Assembly (NCBI GenBank): GCA_951406725.2
Contig: OX597826.1
Location: 43,834,001 to 43,898,000 of the forward strand
Direction of reading: 5' to 3'
Source: Octopus vulgaris
Lineage: Eukaryota
DNA length: 64,000 nucleotides
Positions 26,403 to 39,915 of this stretch are shown in pieces. A model generated the notes under the pieces. That model was not told where the DNA came from, did no database searches, and saw nothing but the letters and a program-made list of their open reading frames with translations. Both the position numbers and the translations under genes were made by a program. Positions within the stretch are counted from its first letter, which is position 1, and each line of letters begins with the position of its first letter.

Positions 26403-26722
26403 AGGCACTTCACTTAGTGATAAACATATTCGGTTCACAATCAGAAGGTCGTGAGTTCAATTCCCGGCGACATGTTGTGTCTTTGAGCAAGACTTTATTT
26501 CACTTTACTCCAGTCTAATTCAGTCGGCAAAAATGTATACTACTTGTATTTCAAAGCCTTGTCATACTATATGTTACGCTGAATCCCTCTGATCTGAGAA
26601 CTACGTTAATGGTACACGTATCTGTGGAGTGATCAACGACTTGTACATTAAATTCACGAGCAGACTGTTCCGTTGATCGGATCAATTGAACCCTCGTCGT
26701 CGTGACCGACGGAATGCCGGTT
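26403..26722 (+). mobile_element. SINE group A (body 2 + tail 1)
   Basis: GAGTTCAATTCCC B box and TGTGTCTTTGAGCAAGAC body; tail matches 475-660. Confidence 0.8.
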
Positions 26723-26745
26723 ATATATATACATATATATAATAT

Positions 26746-27022
26746 ATGTGGAGGCGCTCTAGTGGTTAGAGCAGCGGACTCGGGATCGCGGGTTCGAATC
26801 TCAGACCGGGCGGTGTGTGTGTTTATGACCGGCTCCGACTGAAGGTAATGGCGAACTTCTGCTGACTTTTTCGCCACAACTTTCTCTCTCTCTCTCTTTT
26901 CTCCTGCATCTTGCAGCTCACCTCCGACGGACCGGCGTACCGTCCAGGTGGGGAACCTATACGCCAAGGAAACCGAGAAACCGGCTCTTATGAGCCAGGT
27001 ATGGCTCGAGAAGGAACAAGCA
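26746..27022 (+). mobile_element. SINE group A (body 3 + tail 2 variant)
   Basis: Matches 19508-19760. Confidence 0.85.
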
Positions 27023-27028
27023 AAAACA

Positions 27029-27085
<57 letters not shown>

Positions 27086-27486
27086 TTTATCTTTTACTTG
27101 TATAAGTCATTAGACAGCGGCCAAATTGGGGTGCCGCATTGAAGAATTTTAATTGGACTAATCAATGTAGTACTTATTTTCTTAAAGCCTGGTGCTTATC
27201 CGACCTGTCCCTTTTTCGGCGGGACTGAACTGAAGCCAAGTGGTTGAGAAGCAAACTTCTTACTACACAACCACAACTGCGCCAATTTGTGATATATATA
27301 TATCCTTTCATGTTTCATTTATTGTAGATTAGGAAAAGTGATTGTAAGATGTATTTTCTTCATGTATATTTAATTCGGGAATAATTTATTATATTGTTAA
27401 ATATATTGATATATCATAATATATTAATATAATATATTACTATACTATATAACATTTCAATATATTATCAAATGATTAAAGTAATA

Positions 27487-27722
27487 GAAATACCTATTTC
27501 TTTACTACCCACGAGGGGCTAAACACAGAGGAGACAAAGAAGGACAGACAAACGGATTAAGTCGATTACCTCGACCCCAGTGCGTAACTGGTACTTAATT
27601 TATCGACCCCGAAAGGATGAAAGGCAAAGTCGACCACGGTGGAATTTGAACCCAGAACGTTACGGCATACGAAATACGGGTACGCATTTCGTCCGGTGTG
27701 CTAACGTTTCTGCCAGTTCGCC
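27487..27722 (-). mobile_element. Meta-SINE monomer ending in GAAATAGGTATTTC
   Basis: Head, Meta box and young tail are present. The 3' terminus reads ...AAAGAAATAGGTATTTC on the minus strand. Confidence 0.88.
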
Positions 27723-27754
27723 ATTGAAATGATTATGACGGAATGATGTCATAA

Positions 27755-27911
27755 CCTTCCCAGTTATTTTACAGGGTTTAGAAAAACTGAAGGCCCGCTG
27801 CAAGAATTGTGTGAATGCGAGAGGGGAATATGTTGAAAGAACATCATAATTAACTGATCCTACAGTATTTTCTTTTACCCAAAGCCAGGAACTTTTCAAC
27901 ATCCCCTCGTA
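27755..27911 (+). mobile_element. mariner 3' end with TIR
   Basis: GLEKLKARCKNCVNARGEYVE, then AGGAACTTTTCAACATCCCCTCG|TA. Related to 59817-60036. Confidence 0.75.
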
Positions 27912-28479
27912 CAACTAAGTTGTCAAGAGAGCCGTGAAATGAAGCGTTGTTTCTTTTTCAAGAACACTAGGCAACAGAGGGTCTGTGAATCGAAACCACA
28001 ATCCCGTATGAGTGCAACACCCGAACCACTAGGCCATGCGCCTTGATTGATTTAAATAAGACTCATTATTTATTCAAGGGTTTATTACCCATAGCTGCAT
28101 AAATTATTGAAATTATAGAGATATTCAATAAAGTTATATTTTTGTTATATAATTTTCGGTGTTTTCTTTTATTAATAACATTTCGCTCTTCTGATCCTGT
28201 CAGTTCCAACGGTTGATACTGTTATAAGCAATGATCTTTATTGATAAAATAACTTAAAGCATTTGTTGCTTTTTTTATATTAATAAGATTTATAGTTGAA
28301 CTGTACAAGACTTTCAAAGCGAATTTCTTATGATATTCAACCAACATATCAAAACATTCTCTTTATATATTTTCTCATTTTGTAGTTAATAGTTAGAAAT
28401 TACTTCCATTTAATCAATATAACCCTTCGGCTTGTATTCAGGTTTGAATTTGGAGACTAACTCTAAAATATCTATGAAT

Positions 28480-28830
28480 GCGCGGCTGTGTGGTAAGAAG
28501 CTTGTCTCCCAACCACATGGTTCAGGGTTCAGTCCCGCTGCGTAACATATTGTTCAAATGTCTTCTATTGTAGCCTCCGGCCAATCAAGGCCTTCTGAAT
28601 GGATTTGGTTGAGGGAAACTGAAAGAAGCCCGTCGTAAATATGTATATATTTATGTGTGTCTATGTTGGTGTGTTTACATCTTCGTAATTTAGCAGTTCG
28701 ACAGAAGAGTAAGATAGAATAAGCACCTGACTTACAAAGAATAAGTCCAGGGGTCGATTTCTTCGCCTAAAAGACGGTGCTCCAGTATGGCAACAGTCTA
28801 ATGAATAAAGCAAATAAAATAATAAAAGAA
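28480..28830 (+). mobile_element. SINE group B copy (diverged)
   Basis: Match to 10038-10451. Confidence 0.8.
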
Positions 28831-28994
28831 AGATCTAATTCCATTTCGATGCACGAGTTGGTGGCGCTCGCAATGAAAAAAAAAATAGCAGCTAAATCTC
28901 TCTCAAATGAAACCAGTTTTTATGAAACGAAGTTACTAGATAAAATACTAGTCCTGCTTTAGCAATTGTCGAGAAAATAGCAAAAAGCTCACGC

Positions 28995-29403
28995 TGGAGT
29001 GGCAGTGTGGTAAGTAGCTTGTTTACCAACCACATGGTTCCGGGTTCAGTCCCACTGTGTGGTACATTGGGCAAGTGTCTTCTACTATAGCCTCGGGTCG
29101 ACCAAAGCCTTGTGAGTGGATTTGGTAGACGGAAACTGAAAGAAGCCCGTCGTGTATATGTATATATATATGATATATATGTGTGTGTATATGTTTGTGT
29201 GTCTGTGTTTGTCCCCCAACATCGCTTGACAACTGATGCTGGTATGTTTACGTGACCATAACTTAGCGGTTCGGCAAAAGAGACTGATAGAATAAGTACT
29301 AGGCTTACAAAGAATAAGTCGTGGGGTCGATTTGCTTGACTAAAGGCGGTACTCCAGCATGGCCACAGTCAAATGACTGAAACAAGTAAAAGAGTAAAAG
29401 AGG
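28995..29403 (+). mobile_element. SINE group B copy
   Basis: Match to 10038-10451. Confidence 0.9.
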
Positions 29404-29450
29404 GAACATTCTCCTCGTGTATTTTCTCATTTTCTTGTTTAGAAATCGCT

Positions 29451-29900
29451 AAGGCGGTGAGCTAAGAGAATCGTTAGCATATCGGACAAAATGCTTAGCG
29501 GCATTGTGTCCGTCTATATGTTCTGAGTTCAAATTATGCCAAGTTGAGCTTGCCTTTCATCATTTCGGAGCCGATAGAATAAGTACCAGTTGAGCACCGG
29601 AGTCGATGTTTGTCATTGCTTTGTCTCCTGCCCGGAAATAGCTGGCCTTCAGCCAAAATTTGAACTCAGTGTTTAGAAGTCGTTCAGGCGGCGAATTGAT
29701 AGAATCATTAGCATTGGCAGGCAAAATGCTTAGAGGTAATTTCATCCGTCTTTACGTTCTGCGTTCAAATTAAACCGAGTCAAGTTTGCCTTTCATCCTT
29801 TCGGAGTCGATAAAATAAGTAGCAGTTAAGCACTGGGGTCAGTGTCATCGACTTATGCCCTGATCCGATATTTCTGGCCTTGTGCCAAAATTTGAAACCA
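29451..29900 (+). mobile_element. two tandem older Meta-SINE copies (old tail)
   Basis: Each has a head (AGGCGG.GA..TG..AGAATC.TTAGC), GCCTTTCATC..TTCGGAG.CGATA and tail TGGCCTT..GCCAAAATTTGAA. Confidence 0.8.
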
Positions 29901-30419
29901 ATATTAATATAAACTTTGCAGAGACTGAAATGGTTGCGATATTATATAAATCTTCAAACGCTATATTATAAGACAAGGATTTTAATAGAATATTATTTAA
30001 CTAAAATGAATGTTTCAGTCTATAACTATAAGCAAGAACTTTATTGATCAGTCTAAACAAATAAGTTAATAACCATAGGTGGTCCAAAATGCTGTTCTTA
30101 ATTCCTTAATTTTATCATACAACTCATAACGAAGCTAGGAAATGAATAGTTATATAAATCAATAATGTTACTAATTAAACGCTAAGATGAGCAAATAAAA
30201 AGTTATATCGAATTAAATATAATAATTGTTTCATATTTGTACATGATAGATAAATATTCTTTATTTAGAAAATGCGAAATATGAGTTTATGTCGTCTATG
30301 CTTTTTGCACCATTAAGTTGACGTCATGCATTATACAAATTGGGAACTAAACGCGAACTATTAAAAGGCTTTGCTTGAAATTTACCCAACACGATACACC
30401 ACTATAAACATATTTTTTA

Positions 30420-30600
30420 AAATTTTGGTTCAAGCCCAGTAGTTTTAGGGGCAGAGTAAGTCGATTATATCGACGTCAGTGCTCAACTCACACTTATATT
30501 ATCGACTCTGACGACCTCAGCGGAATTTAAACTCAGAACGTAAAAAGCCGGAAGAAATGTCGGTAATGATTTTGCCATACTCGCGCTGACGGTTCCGCCA
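30420..30600 (-). mobile_element. old Meta-SINE copy, internally deleted
   Basis: GTCGATTATATCGAC...GGAATTTAAACTCAGAACGT. Confidence 0.6.
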
Positions 30601-30741
30601 TTTTGCCCTCTTGGTGTCTTTTCTGAGAACGGACTTAATAAATTGCTGTGTGGTAGCTGCATATCACTCCGAGCGGAGAGTAGAATCGTAAGCAAGCGAA
30701 ACCTTTCGCTTAGGTCTTTTCGAACAAGCCGGGTAAGTTCA

Positions 30742-31290
30742 AATTGTGGCACAAGGTCAGATATTTGGGGGAGGGAGTAAATCGATTACATCGACCCAGT
30801 GATCAAGGGATTCCTATTTTATCGACCTCGAGAGGATGAAAGGCAAAGTCGACCTCGGCGGAATTTGAACTCAGAACACGAAGAAGGACGAAATACCTAT
30901 TTCTTTACTACCCACAAGGGGCTAAACACAAAGAGGACAAACAAGGACAGACAAACAGACCAAGTCGATTACATCAACCCCAGTGCGTAACTGGTACTTA
31001 ATTTATCGACCCCGAACGGATGAAAGGTAAAATCGACCTCGGCGGAATTTGAACTCTGAACGTAGCGGCAGACAAAAGACGAAATACCTATTTCTTTATT
31101 ACCCACAAGGGGCTAAACACAGAGGGGACAAACAAGGACAGACATAGGTATTAAGTCGATTACATCAACCCCAGTGCGTAACTGGTACTTAATTTATCGA
31201 CCCCGAAAGGATGAAAGGCAAAGTCGACCTCGGCGGAATTTGAACTCACAACGTAACGGCAGACGAAATACCGGTAAGCATTTCGCTCGG
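30742..31290 (-). mobile_element. Meta-SINE trimer (two young units + one old-tail unit)
   Basis: Junction GAAATACCTATTTC at 30890-30903 and 31081-31094. Confidence 0.88.
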
Positions 31291-33504
31291 CAAAGGCATA
31301 AATATAAACATAACATTAACATTAAATACAGATTTACGTATAGCATGATAAAAATACTGGCAAATGCTTCAAAACCAGTTTGAATATATTTTAGAGTTAT
31401 AGAATCATAGGAATTGGGATATAAAATAGAAGAAAAACCAAAACAACGTTAAAATGTTATTCTTTTGCGGGGAAATAGTTGTTGCTATAGTCGTACAGCT
31501 CAGGTTCATCTTTATAAAGCACATATTTGATCAAAGATATTTTAACCATGATCATCATGTGTCTTTGGAGGTTGCTAGGTCTATAACTTTTCTAGCAGAT
31601 GCAGTGATAGTATTAAGATTCCTTCGTTGGCGCACCAGAAAAAAAATCTCTAACTCCCGAGACGTTCAACTGCATAAGGTTAAGACTAACAACTAATGTA
31701 CAGTAGACTTAGCCCACCATGTCACCAGGTACCATCTATGACCAACAGCCAAGGGTTGAAGATAGACAATAATGCCGACGAACAACTTCACACGTTTTGT
31801 TCTTGATACAAAATGAGATTTAATTATTTTCTCCTTATAATCTTATAGGGTAATTCGTAATAGTGTTGCTGCCTTATAGTGTTGTATCCTTCACTCGCCA
31901 CTTTAATTCACCTTAAGATTTACATTGAATACTTATTATCTCTAGCACTGGAGAGAGAACAAAAGCTGTTGGGGGATGTGGGGGAAGCCATAAATAGCCA
32001 TTCTATCCCGTTACCGGAAGGAAAAGACAAAAACAAATGCAAAAAGGAAATGAACTGTGGAGTGAATGATATAAAACCATAATAAAGTTTAACAAGAAAA
32101 CGCAAAGAACTACAACAAATGAATATCAGCAACGATAGCACGAGCACTAAACTGGAGTATGACTTGTAGAAAATTCATCAGCAGGAACAAAGACTACTAA
32201 GGCAACAAACGATAACAGTAGTGACAAAAGGAGGCGGTGTGATATAAAGTTTACAGAACTTTTGCTAAAAAGAATCGGTGAAAATTGAGTTAGCTGTAGT
32301 TTCTTAAGAGAATCTTTATTTATTTATTTATTCCTTTATTTATGTATTTTATATTTATTTATTTATTCATTTATTTATTTATTTATTTATTCATTGTAGC
32401 TGAGCTATAGTTAAAGAAAAGCAAGCCATCTTCATTAATAAGGCATATAATGAAGTTTGTGAGGTGTGAAAGACGAACGGAAGAAGAGGGTGTAGGCTTT
32501 TGGAGAAAATTATCGAGTGGAAACATAAAAAAAAAAGCTAAAGATATAAATATCATCTGTCTAATGGCAAGATAGAAAATAGAGGAAAAAATAATTAGGC
32601 GTGAAGAAATATTATTTTGAGAAAGGTCGAAAGTAAGAGATTAATAAGATAACGTTGAAGGAGGCAACGCTGAGGAGATATCAACGCAGACTGCATTGCT
32701 TAGGGGAACTAATTATACAAATATTGCTTTGTTTCACGTGGCATACGTGTGCTTATTTTCAATAGTTACTTTACCTTACTAATTGGGACATTTTTGTTTG
32801 TAATGATCTCTAGCTAATTAAATCTCTCCATATCGAGTGTAGCATTTATACAAAAATATTTTCTTTCACTTAGCTCTCCACATTTCTTAAATATAAATAA
32901 TAATCAATTCTGTTTCTATCCATGTTTTCTGTTATTGATTAGGTTATTTACGACTGTGTGTATCGTAAGGCACTAACGTGTATTCATTGAAATCCTTTTC
33001 ACCACCATTATGCGCTACTATATTTGCAATAAAAATATCGACACCGTGTTATATTATAATTAACAAAAGGCAATATCACAGAAGATTACTATCACTATCG
33101 ATTTTAAAAAATGTTTCAGAAATGAATCTTCCGCAAGAAACTTTAGAAAAAAATGTTTCATTTTAAATCTGCTGACAACATATTTTCGAATAGAGCAAGT
33201 CATATTTTCTGAAGAAAAAGAACATACGTGGATGCAGATATATTGGCGAATAAGATAATTTCTTTGTGAAGTTGTGTGGCCTAGTTAATAGGATGCTGAA
33301 ATTGCAATCTTGTGTTCATTTGTTCAATTTCTGGGCCGGGCCGGGCGGCACGTTGTGGGCTTTGGGAAGGCACATCGTTTCACGATGCTTCAATCTACTG
33401 AATACCAGCCGAGTGCCATGCAACCATATTTCCTTGCATGTATTTTCGATGTTCCGTTGGTCACGTATGTGAGAGACGATTGTGTGTCGATATGTATATC
33501 TACT

Positions 33505-33539
33505 TGCTGCTGTTGCTACTGCTGCTGCTGCTGCTACTG

Positions 33540-33605
<66 letters not shown>

Positions 33606-33630
33606 ATAATAATAATAATAATAATGATAA
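33505..33630. repeat. (CTG)/(CTA)/(AAT)n compound microsatellite
   Basis: Direct observation. Confidence 0.95.
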
Positions 33631-34076
33631 TCCTTTCTACTGGATGCAAAAGGCCTCAAATTTGTGGGTAGGGGACTAATCGATTACATCGACCCCAGTG
33701 TTTCACTGGTACAGTGTTTCACTGCTTACACACGTATTTACAGATATACACTCATACACACTGATGCATGCGCATACGTGTACATGAAACGTAAAATCGA
33801 CTCCGGCGCCATTTGAACTCAGAACGTGAAGACAGACGAAATACCTATTTCTTTACCACCCACAAGGACCTAAACAGAGGGGACAAACAAGGACAGATAA
33901 ACGGATTAGGTCGATTATATTGACACCAGTGCGTAACTGGTACTTATTTAATCGACCCCGAAAGGATGAAAGGCAAAGTCAACCTTGGCGGAATTTGAAC
34001 TCAGAACGTACCGGCAGACAAAATACCGCTAAGAATTTCGCCCGGCGCGCTAACGTTTCTGCCAGCTCGCCGCCTT
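33630..34076 (-). mobile_element. Meta-SINE dimer (young unit + different-tail unit carrying a foreign patch)
   Basis: Junction GAAATACCTATTTC at 33838-33851; head ends GCCAGCTCGCCGCCTT. Confidence 0.85.
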
Positions 34077-34085
34077 TATAAACAA

Positions 34086-34599
34086 CTAGCAGTATCGCCC
34101 GGCGTTGCTCGGGTTTGTAAGGGAAATAACTATATAAGCATTTTTAGAGAGTTACTTACCTTATAGATGCCAATACGGGCTTTCTTAGCCATTTCTGTTT
34201 TGGTGTCTTCAAGCCATGAAGTCGTTGTTCTAAAAGAACGCTGGTCTCCTTGACAACGCTTTACGACGTTGATTTCCTTACACTCCCTTCCCCACAGCTT
34301 CACGAGGGAGGGAAGAAGGGGGAGAAGCAAACAGGTGCAGATGTGAGCGTGGACGCCAACTCCGCCGCCATCGACACACGAAAAATTATGCATTAAAATG
34401 GAATAAAAAAATGATGTTAAATTATTTTTTAAATCGTAGACTCATCGTAGACGCGCGCTAATACCCGGACGGGCTCGATATGAATCACGACTATAAGATA
34501 CCCGAATTTGGTTAAATTGCACCGCAAAATGTGGGAGTAGTTAGGAATCTAAATCGAAGGGGACAGACACTCACACAACTACAGTTTTATATATATAGA
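34086..34599 (-). mobile_element. non-autonomous Helitron (second copy)
   Basis: A|CTAG at 34086, hairpin CCCGGCGTTGCTCGGG, GA|T at 34598-34600. Ends match 18979-19373. Confidence 0.85.
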
Positions 34600-35337
34600 T
34601 AACAACGACAATAATAATAATACATAGGCAGCTAGAACAATGGTGGAATGCGTGGTACAAGCTACAAGATCATACTTGTTTGTGAATGACGGATGATAGT
34701 TTTTTAAAATTTATTTACTTTTTCTTGCATCTTAATTTTACATCTTAATTTTCTCATAAAGATAATTGAGATATACAAACGATATACATATTCAGCAAAT
34801 AAAACACGGCACTGGGAACTATTCATTATCCCACAGATACACTTTGCTATTTCTAATATAAGCCTGTTGACTTGATGAATGAGGTTATTAAAATTAATAG
34901 TGTACGTCTCTCGACTAGACTATATGCTAGCATAAACTACTAACGAATTATATATTTATAATTTAGAACTATCTATTATATTTTATGATCAATATTTTAT
35001 TTCAAATAATTAGAAGTGAATAAGTGTATAGTATATAATCGTAGCAAATTAATTCGATTGGCAATCATGGAGTGCATAAATACATAAAGACCAGGTGATT
35101 ACTTGGCAAAATGACGCACAGTTTGCTAAATAGCAAATACGTCATATGAAAGACTGTGTATCACATTGTCACTAACGTACATATATGGATACAGTATATT
35201 ATATTAAGTTCTTTGATACAACTCGGTGTGTCGAATGTGCGACTAATAGCGTAACTGGTTTGTGATAAGAAAGACAAGGGATATATAGAATATTGAAAAT
35301 CAAATATCGTTATACAGAAAAAAAAGACAGAATAATA

Positions 35338-35416
<79 letters not shown>

Positions 35417-35526
35417 CTGTCTGCTTAGCTATCAATCCATCCACCTATCCATCTATCCAGCCATCCATCAAACCATCTATCTATCTGTCTCTCTGTCTGT
35501 GCGTCCGTCCTTCCGTACCTCTGACA

Positions 35527-35604
<78 letters not shown>

Positions 35605-35684
35605 ATATCTCTCTCTCTGTGTTTGTCTGTCTGTCTGTATGTATGTATGTATGTATGTATGTATGTATGTATGTATGTATATAG

Positions 35685-36130
35685 TGTAAATTCAATGAAC
35701 AGTAAAAAGACAACACAAGAGGAACAAAGTTTGGCAAATAAGGTATTAGCTTAACGGGTGAACGCAAAGAGAAAGTACAATAACGATTCGGACGAGAGTC
35801 ATTCATCAGAAGAAGGAAACAGAGAGGGAGTGAGAGAAGGTGAAAAAAGCTGAAGCATTAGAAACCTGGTGGAATAGTGTTCTAGGAGAGGAGAAATTAA
35901 TAATGAAAAATGAAAAAACCAGGTGTGGAGATACAATCCCAAGAGTGCATCCGCATCTGGATGCGAGCATTAGATGAAGTGATGTCTGTTTGTTAGTCTG
36001 GTGTATATAAGCAGATACGGATTCAATGCTGAAAGAGTAGTGGTATTGGATGAAGCTATGGTTCTAAGTAAAAGACAGCCGATAAACTTGAAACAATTAT
36101 TTACAAAGGTGAAGTTTGACCTAAGCAACA
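35685..36130 (-). mobile_element. degenerate Penelope-like 3' remnant with hammerhead motif
   Basis: tt-CTGATGA-At-GAC-tctc-GTC-c-GAAt-CG-TTA at 35778-35812. Shares CAA/TAAGGTATTAGCTTAACG with 45678-45695. Confidence 0.45.
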
Positions 36131-36233
36131 ATGACCAATCATACATTGTATCTAAATGTACTGATAATCGATGTCGTACATGGCAGTTCATACAAACCAG
36201 TAGTCTTTGTCTTTTGTTTTTCTGCGAATTCTC

Positions 36234-36279
<46 letters not shown>

Positions 36280-36280
36280 C

Positions 36281-36343
<63 letters not shown>

Positions 36344-36680
36344 ACACAATAATAGATAACACATATGCATATGTACATACATATATGTACGTACCTACAT
36401 CTATATGTATATATGCATGCATATATGGTTACAGGACACCCAAAAAATCGTCGAACACAATGAGAAACGAAAGCATAAACACAAAACCAAGGAAATGGAT
36501 ATTTTTCTTAAACAACGAATAAATAGAGTACAAGGCATACAACACAAGGAACATTCCCCTTCTTCAGCCGCCTCTGTTTCATCTACGCCGCGTTTTCGAA
36601 GGTAAATGCGAGACACGACTTCTTTGAAACAGTCCTTCCCGCAAAGCAAATTAAATAAAATTTGAAATATATATATATAC

Positions 36681-36726
<46 letters not shown>

Positions 36727-37031
36727 GCATATATATATATATATTACATACATATATATTATATACATCTATATATTACATACGTATATATATCTACATA
36801 CATACATACACACACACATATATACATACATAATGGCATAAACACACACACACTTGTTTATATATATAACACAATTACTCGTATATGAGTATTTATGAAT
36901 TATATATGTGTACATAACATTTGCAACACAAACGTACCTGCTTACACACGTATTTACAGATATGCATGACTATGTATTCTCATACATACTGATGCACGCG
37001 CATTCGTGTACGTGTACACATGCATGCACAC

Positions 37032-37267
37032 AAATACTCATACACACAGACACATGTATGCTCACATAAAGGTACAGTCTTGATCTTTACTTATACATAC
37101 GCTTTTTCTCATCTTCATCATTTTGCTACTCTTAAGAGATATACTTTGCAGTGCGATATGCAAATTCAGAGTATGTATGTATGATTGTATGTATGTATGT
37201 ATGTATGTATGTATGTATGTATGTATGTATGTATGTATGTATGTATGTATGTTTGTATGTATGTATG

Positions 37268-37299
<32 letters not shown>

Positions 37300-37311
37300 T
37301 ATATATATATA

Positions 37312-37374
<63 letters not shown>

Positions 37375-37527
37375 CATACATAAATACTCTGAATTTGCAT
37401 ATCGCACTGCAAAGTATATCTCTTAGCAGTAGCAAAAAGATGAAGAGGAGAAATAGGCGTATGTATAAGTAAAGATCAAGACTGTACCTTTATGTGAGCA
37501 TACATGTGTCTGTATGTATGTGTATTT
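37032..37527. repeat. fold-back: ~150-bp inverted arms around a microsatellite spacer
   Basis: 37032-37183 is the reverse complement of 37373-37527 (for example GTATGCTCACATAAAGGTACAGTCTTGATCTTTACTTATACATACGC). Confidence 0.9.
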
Positions 37528-37528
37528 A

Positions 37529-37648
<120 letters not shown>

Positions 37649-37904
37649 TATTTAAATTATTTATTGTTGAAATATTTTTAAGAACATTTTTTTTATGTTA
37701 CAAATAGACGTTATTAGTTATCTCCTGTAGAATATGCATACATTTACTGAAGTAAAAGCGTATTTCTTATAATTAATCAAACAACATTTACCGTTTTGTA
37801 AAATTCTTTGCCTCCATAGACTGGTTTCCTTTCATTCTCATTTCTTAATCATCACTATCGTTTCCAATCACTACCATTTTCAATCACTATTCAAACAGCC
37901 TGTA

Positions 37905-37913
37905 CCGTCGTCA

Positions 37914-37958
<45 letters not shown>

Positions 37959-38274
37959 TCATCGTTATCGTCACCACCGTCACCAACGCCACCACTACCA
38001 CGAACACCACTACTGACAATAACAACAACACCAACACCTCTACCAACACCAACACCAACATCAGTACCAGCACCAGCACCAAGACCAGTACCATTATCAC
38101 TACTACCTTGCTGCATCACCACGCCACCACAACTACCAAAACCACCACCACCATCACCACCGCAACCCTCACGTGATAATCGTCCTCGTCAACATCATCA
38201 TCGTCATCATCATCATCATCATCATCGTCGTCGTCATCATCATCATCATCATCATCGTCGTCGTTGTCATCATT

Positions 38275-38305
<31 letters not shown>

Positions 38306-38470
38306 ACACTACCACCGCCGACGCCAACACCACCACCACCACCAGCTTCATCACTACAACAACCACCATCCCCACCAGCTTCCACCACCATCCCCACCAG
38401 CAACAGCACCACCTGCACCAGCACCGCTACCACCATGTCACCATCTCCGTCGCAGTCGTCGTCGTCATTA
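37905..38470. repeat. degenerate trinucleotide mosaic (TCG/TCA/CCA)n
   Basis: Direct observation; the ORFs on both strands are low-complexity. Confidence 0.85.
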
Positions 38471-38935
38471 TCAGTACAAAATGCAATATATATATATTTT
38501 TACATAGGAAAAGAATTGTCTAATTTTAAAATATGTTCAGAGATGGAATTTTAATGTATTCAGATTTTTCCATGCTCTATGTAAAAATATATATAAAAAG
38601 TTATGTTGACTTGATGTTCTTTCTGTGCGGTATAATTCCATCTTATCTTCTTTTTGTTTTGTTTTGTTTGGAAAAATCCATTTGTCTTCGTAAACCCCAG
38701 CTTGAAAGTCTTGTAACATCGTGGATACTTTTCTTGTTCCATTATTTGTTTTCTCTCAAACATGTTAAACATTTATTTTGAAAATGGCAGCTAAATCTTA
38801 AAACTAACAGAGCACGCGTTTCTAACTGCTTGCGGGAACATTATTTACATTTAGTTAGAAACGCATAGGTGTATTTTTAATATATCTAGCTGAATACATA
38901 TATTTATATTATGTTTTTCATATATATATATATAT

Positions 38936-39082
<147 letters not shown>

Positions 39083-39792
39083 AGAGATTTACTTATTTGG
39101 TTATATTTACATTTATGGTTTTTATGGAGGAACAGGTTTATGTATGTGATTTTATGGAAGCCATATTTAGATTTACATCAGGATTATGAATGAAAATCTG
39201 TAAATATAGAACTCATAATTGATATGTTTCGTTATTCAAAACTTTGAGAAATTGAAAACGGCGATATTTTTTCTTATTTTCATTTGATTTTCCCATGTAC
39301 AAGGTTACAGATTTGAGATTGAAAAGCGTTGTTGCTGTTGTGTAGATGCCGTTACCTAAGACATGTCGTGAACGAGGAGCGATGTGATAAACCGGATGTA
39401 GAAATATTTTCCTGAAATTATTTTTAGCAATTCTTATTTTGTTAATGATGTTTGTTTTTCTCACCAATTACTTAATGAAGCTTTTATCTCACTTACTAAA
39501 TCATATTGTGGGTACATCTGAATACGTGAAATGTTTGTTGATTAAACTATAAGTAACTGAGAACCAGACGGTGATAATGCGGTTAATATTCTGTATAGTC
39601 TCGCGTATTTAAAGTGCTATGATGATATAAAAGTAGAGATTAAAGGGAGAACAAAAACAGAAAAGAAAATTAGATGAGGAATGGTGGTTCATAACACTGA
39701 CGGTGATACTGGAAAAGTTGAGTGGGTTGGTAATGTGCATATAGAGGAAGAGGTGTACACTCACCCCGCTGAGAGGAGTAAATGCGATCACA

Positions 39793-39841
<49 letters not shown>

Positions 39842-39873
39842 TGTAGTAGTAATAGTGGTAGTAGAATTAATAT

Positions 39874-39915
<42 letters not shown>

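Noticed and set aside
37880-38554. Pro/His/Asp-rich ORFs of 100-186 aa
   Set aside because: Open on both strands and in several frames because of stop-free trinucleotide repeats. No splice or domain evidence.
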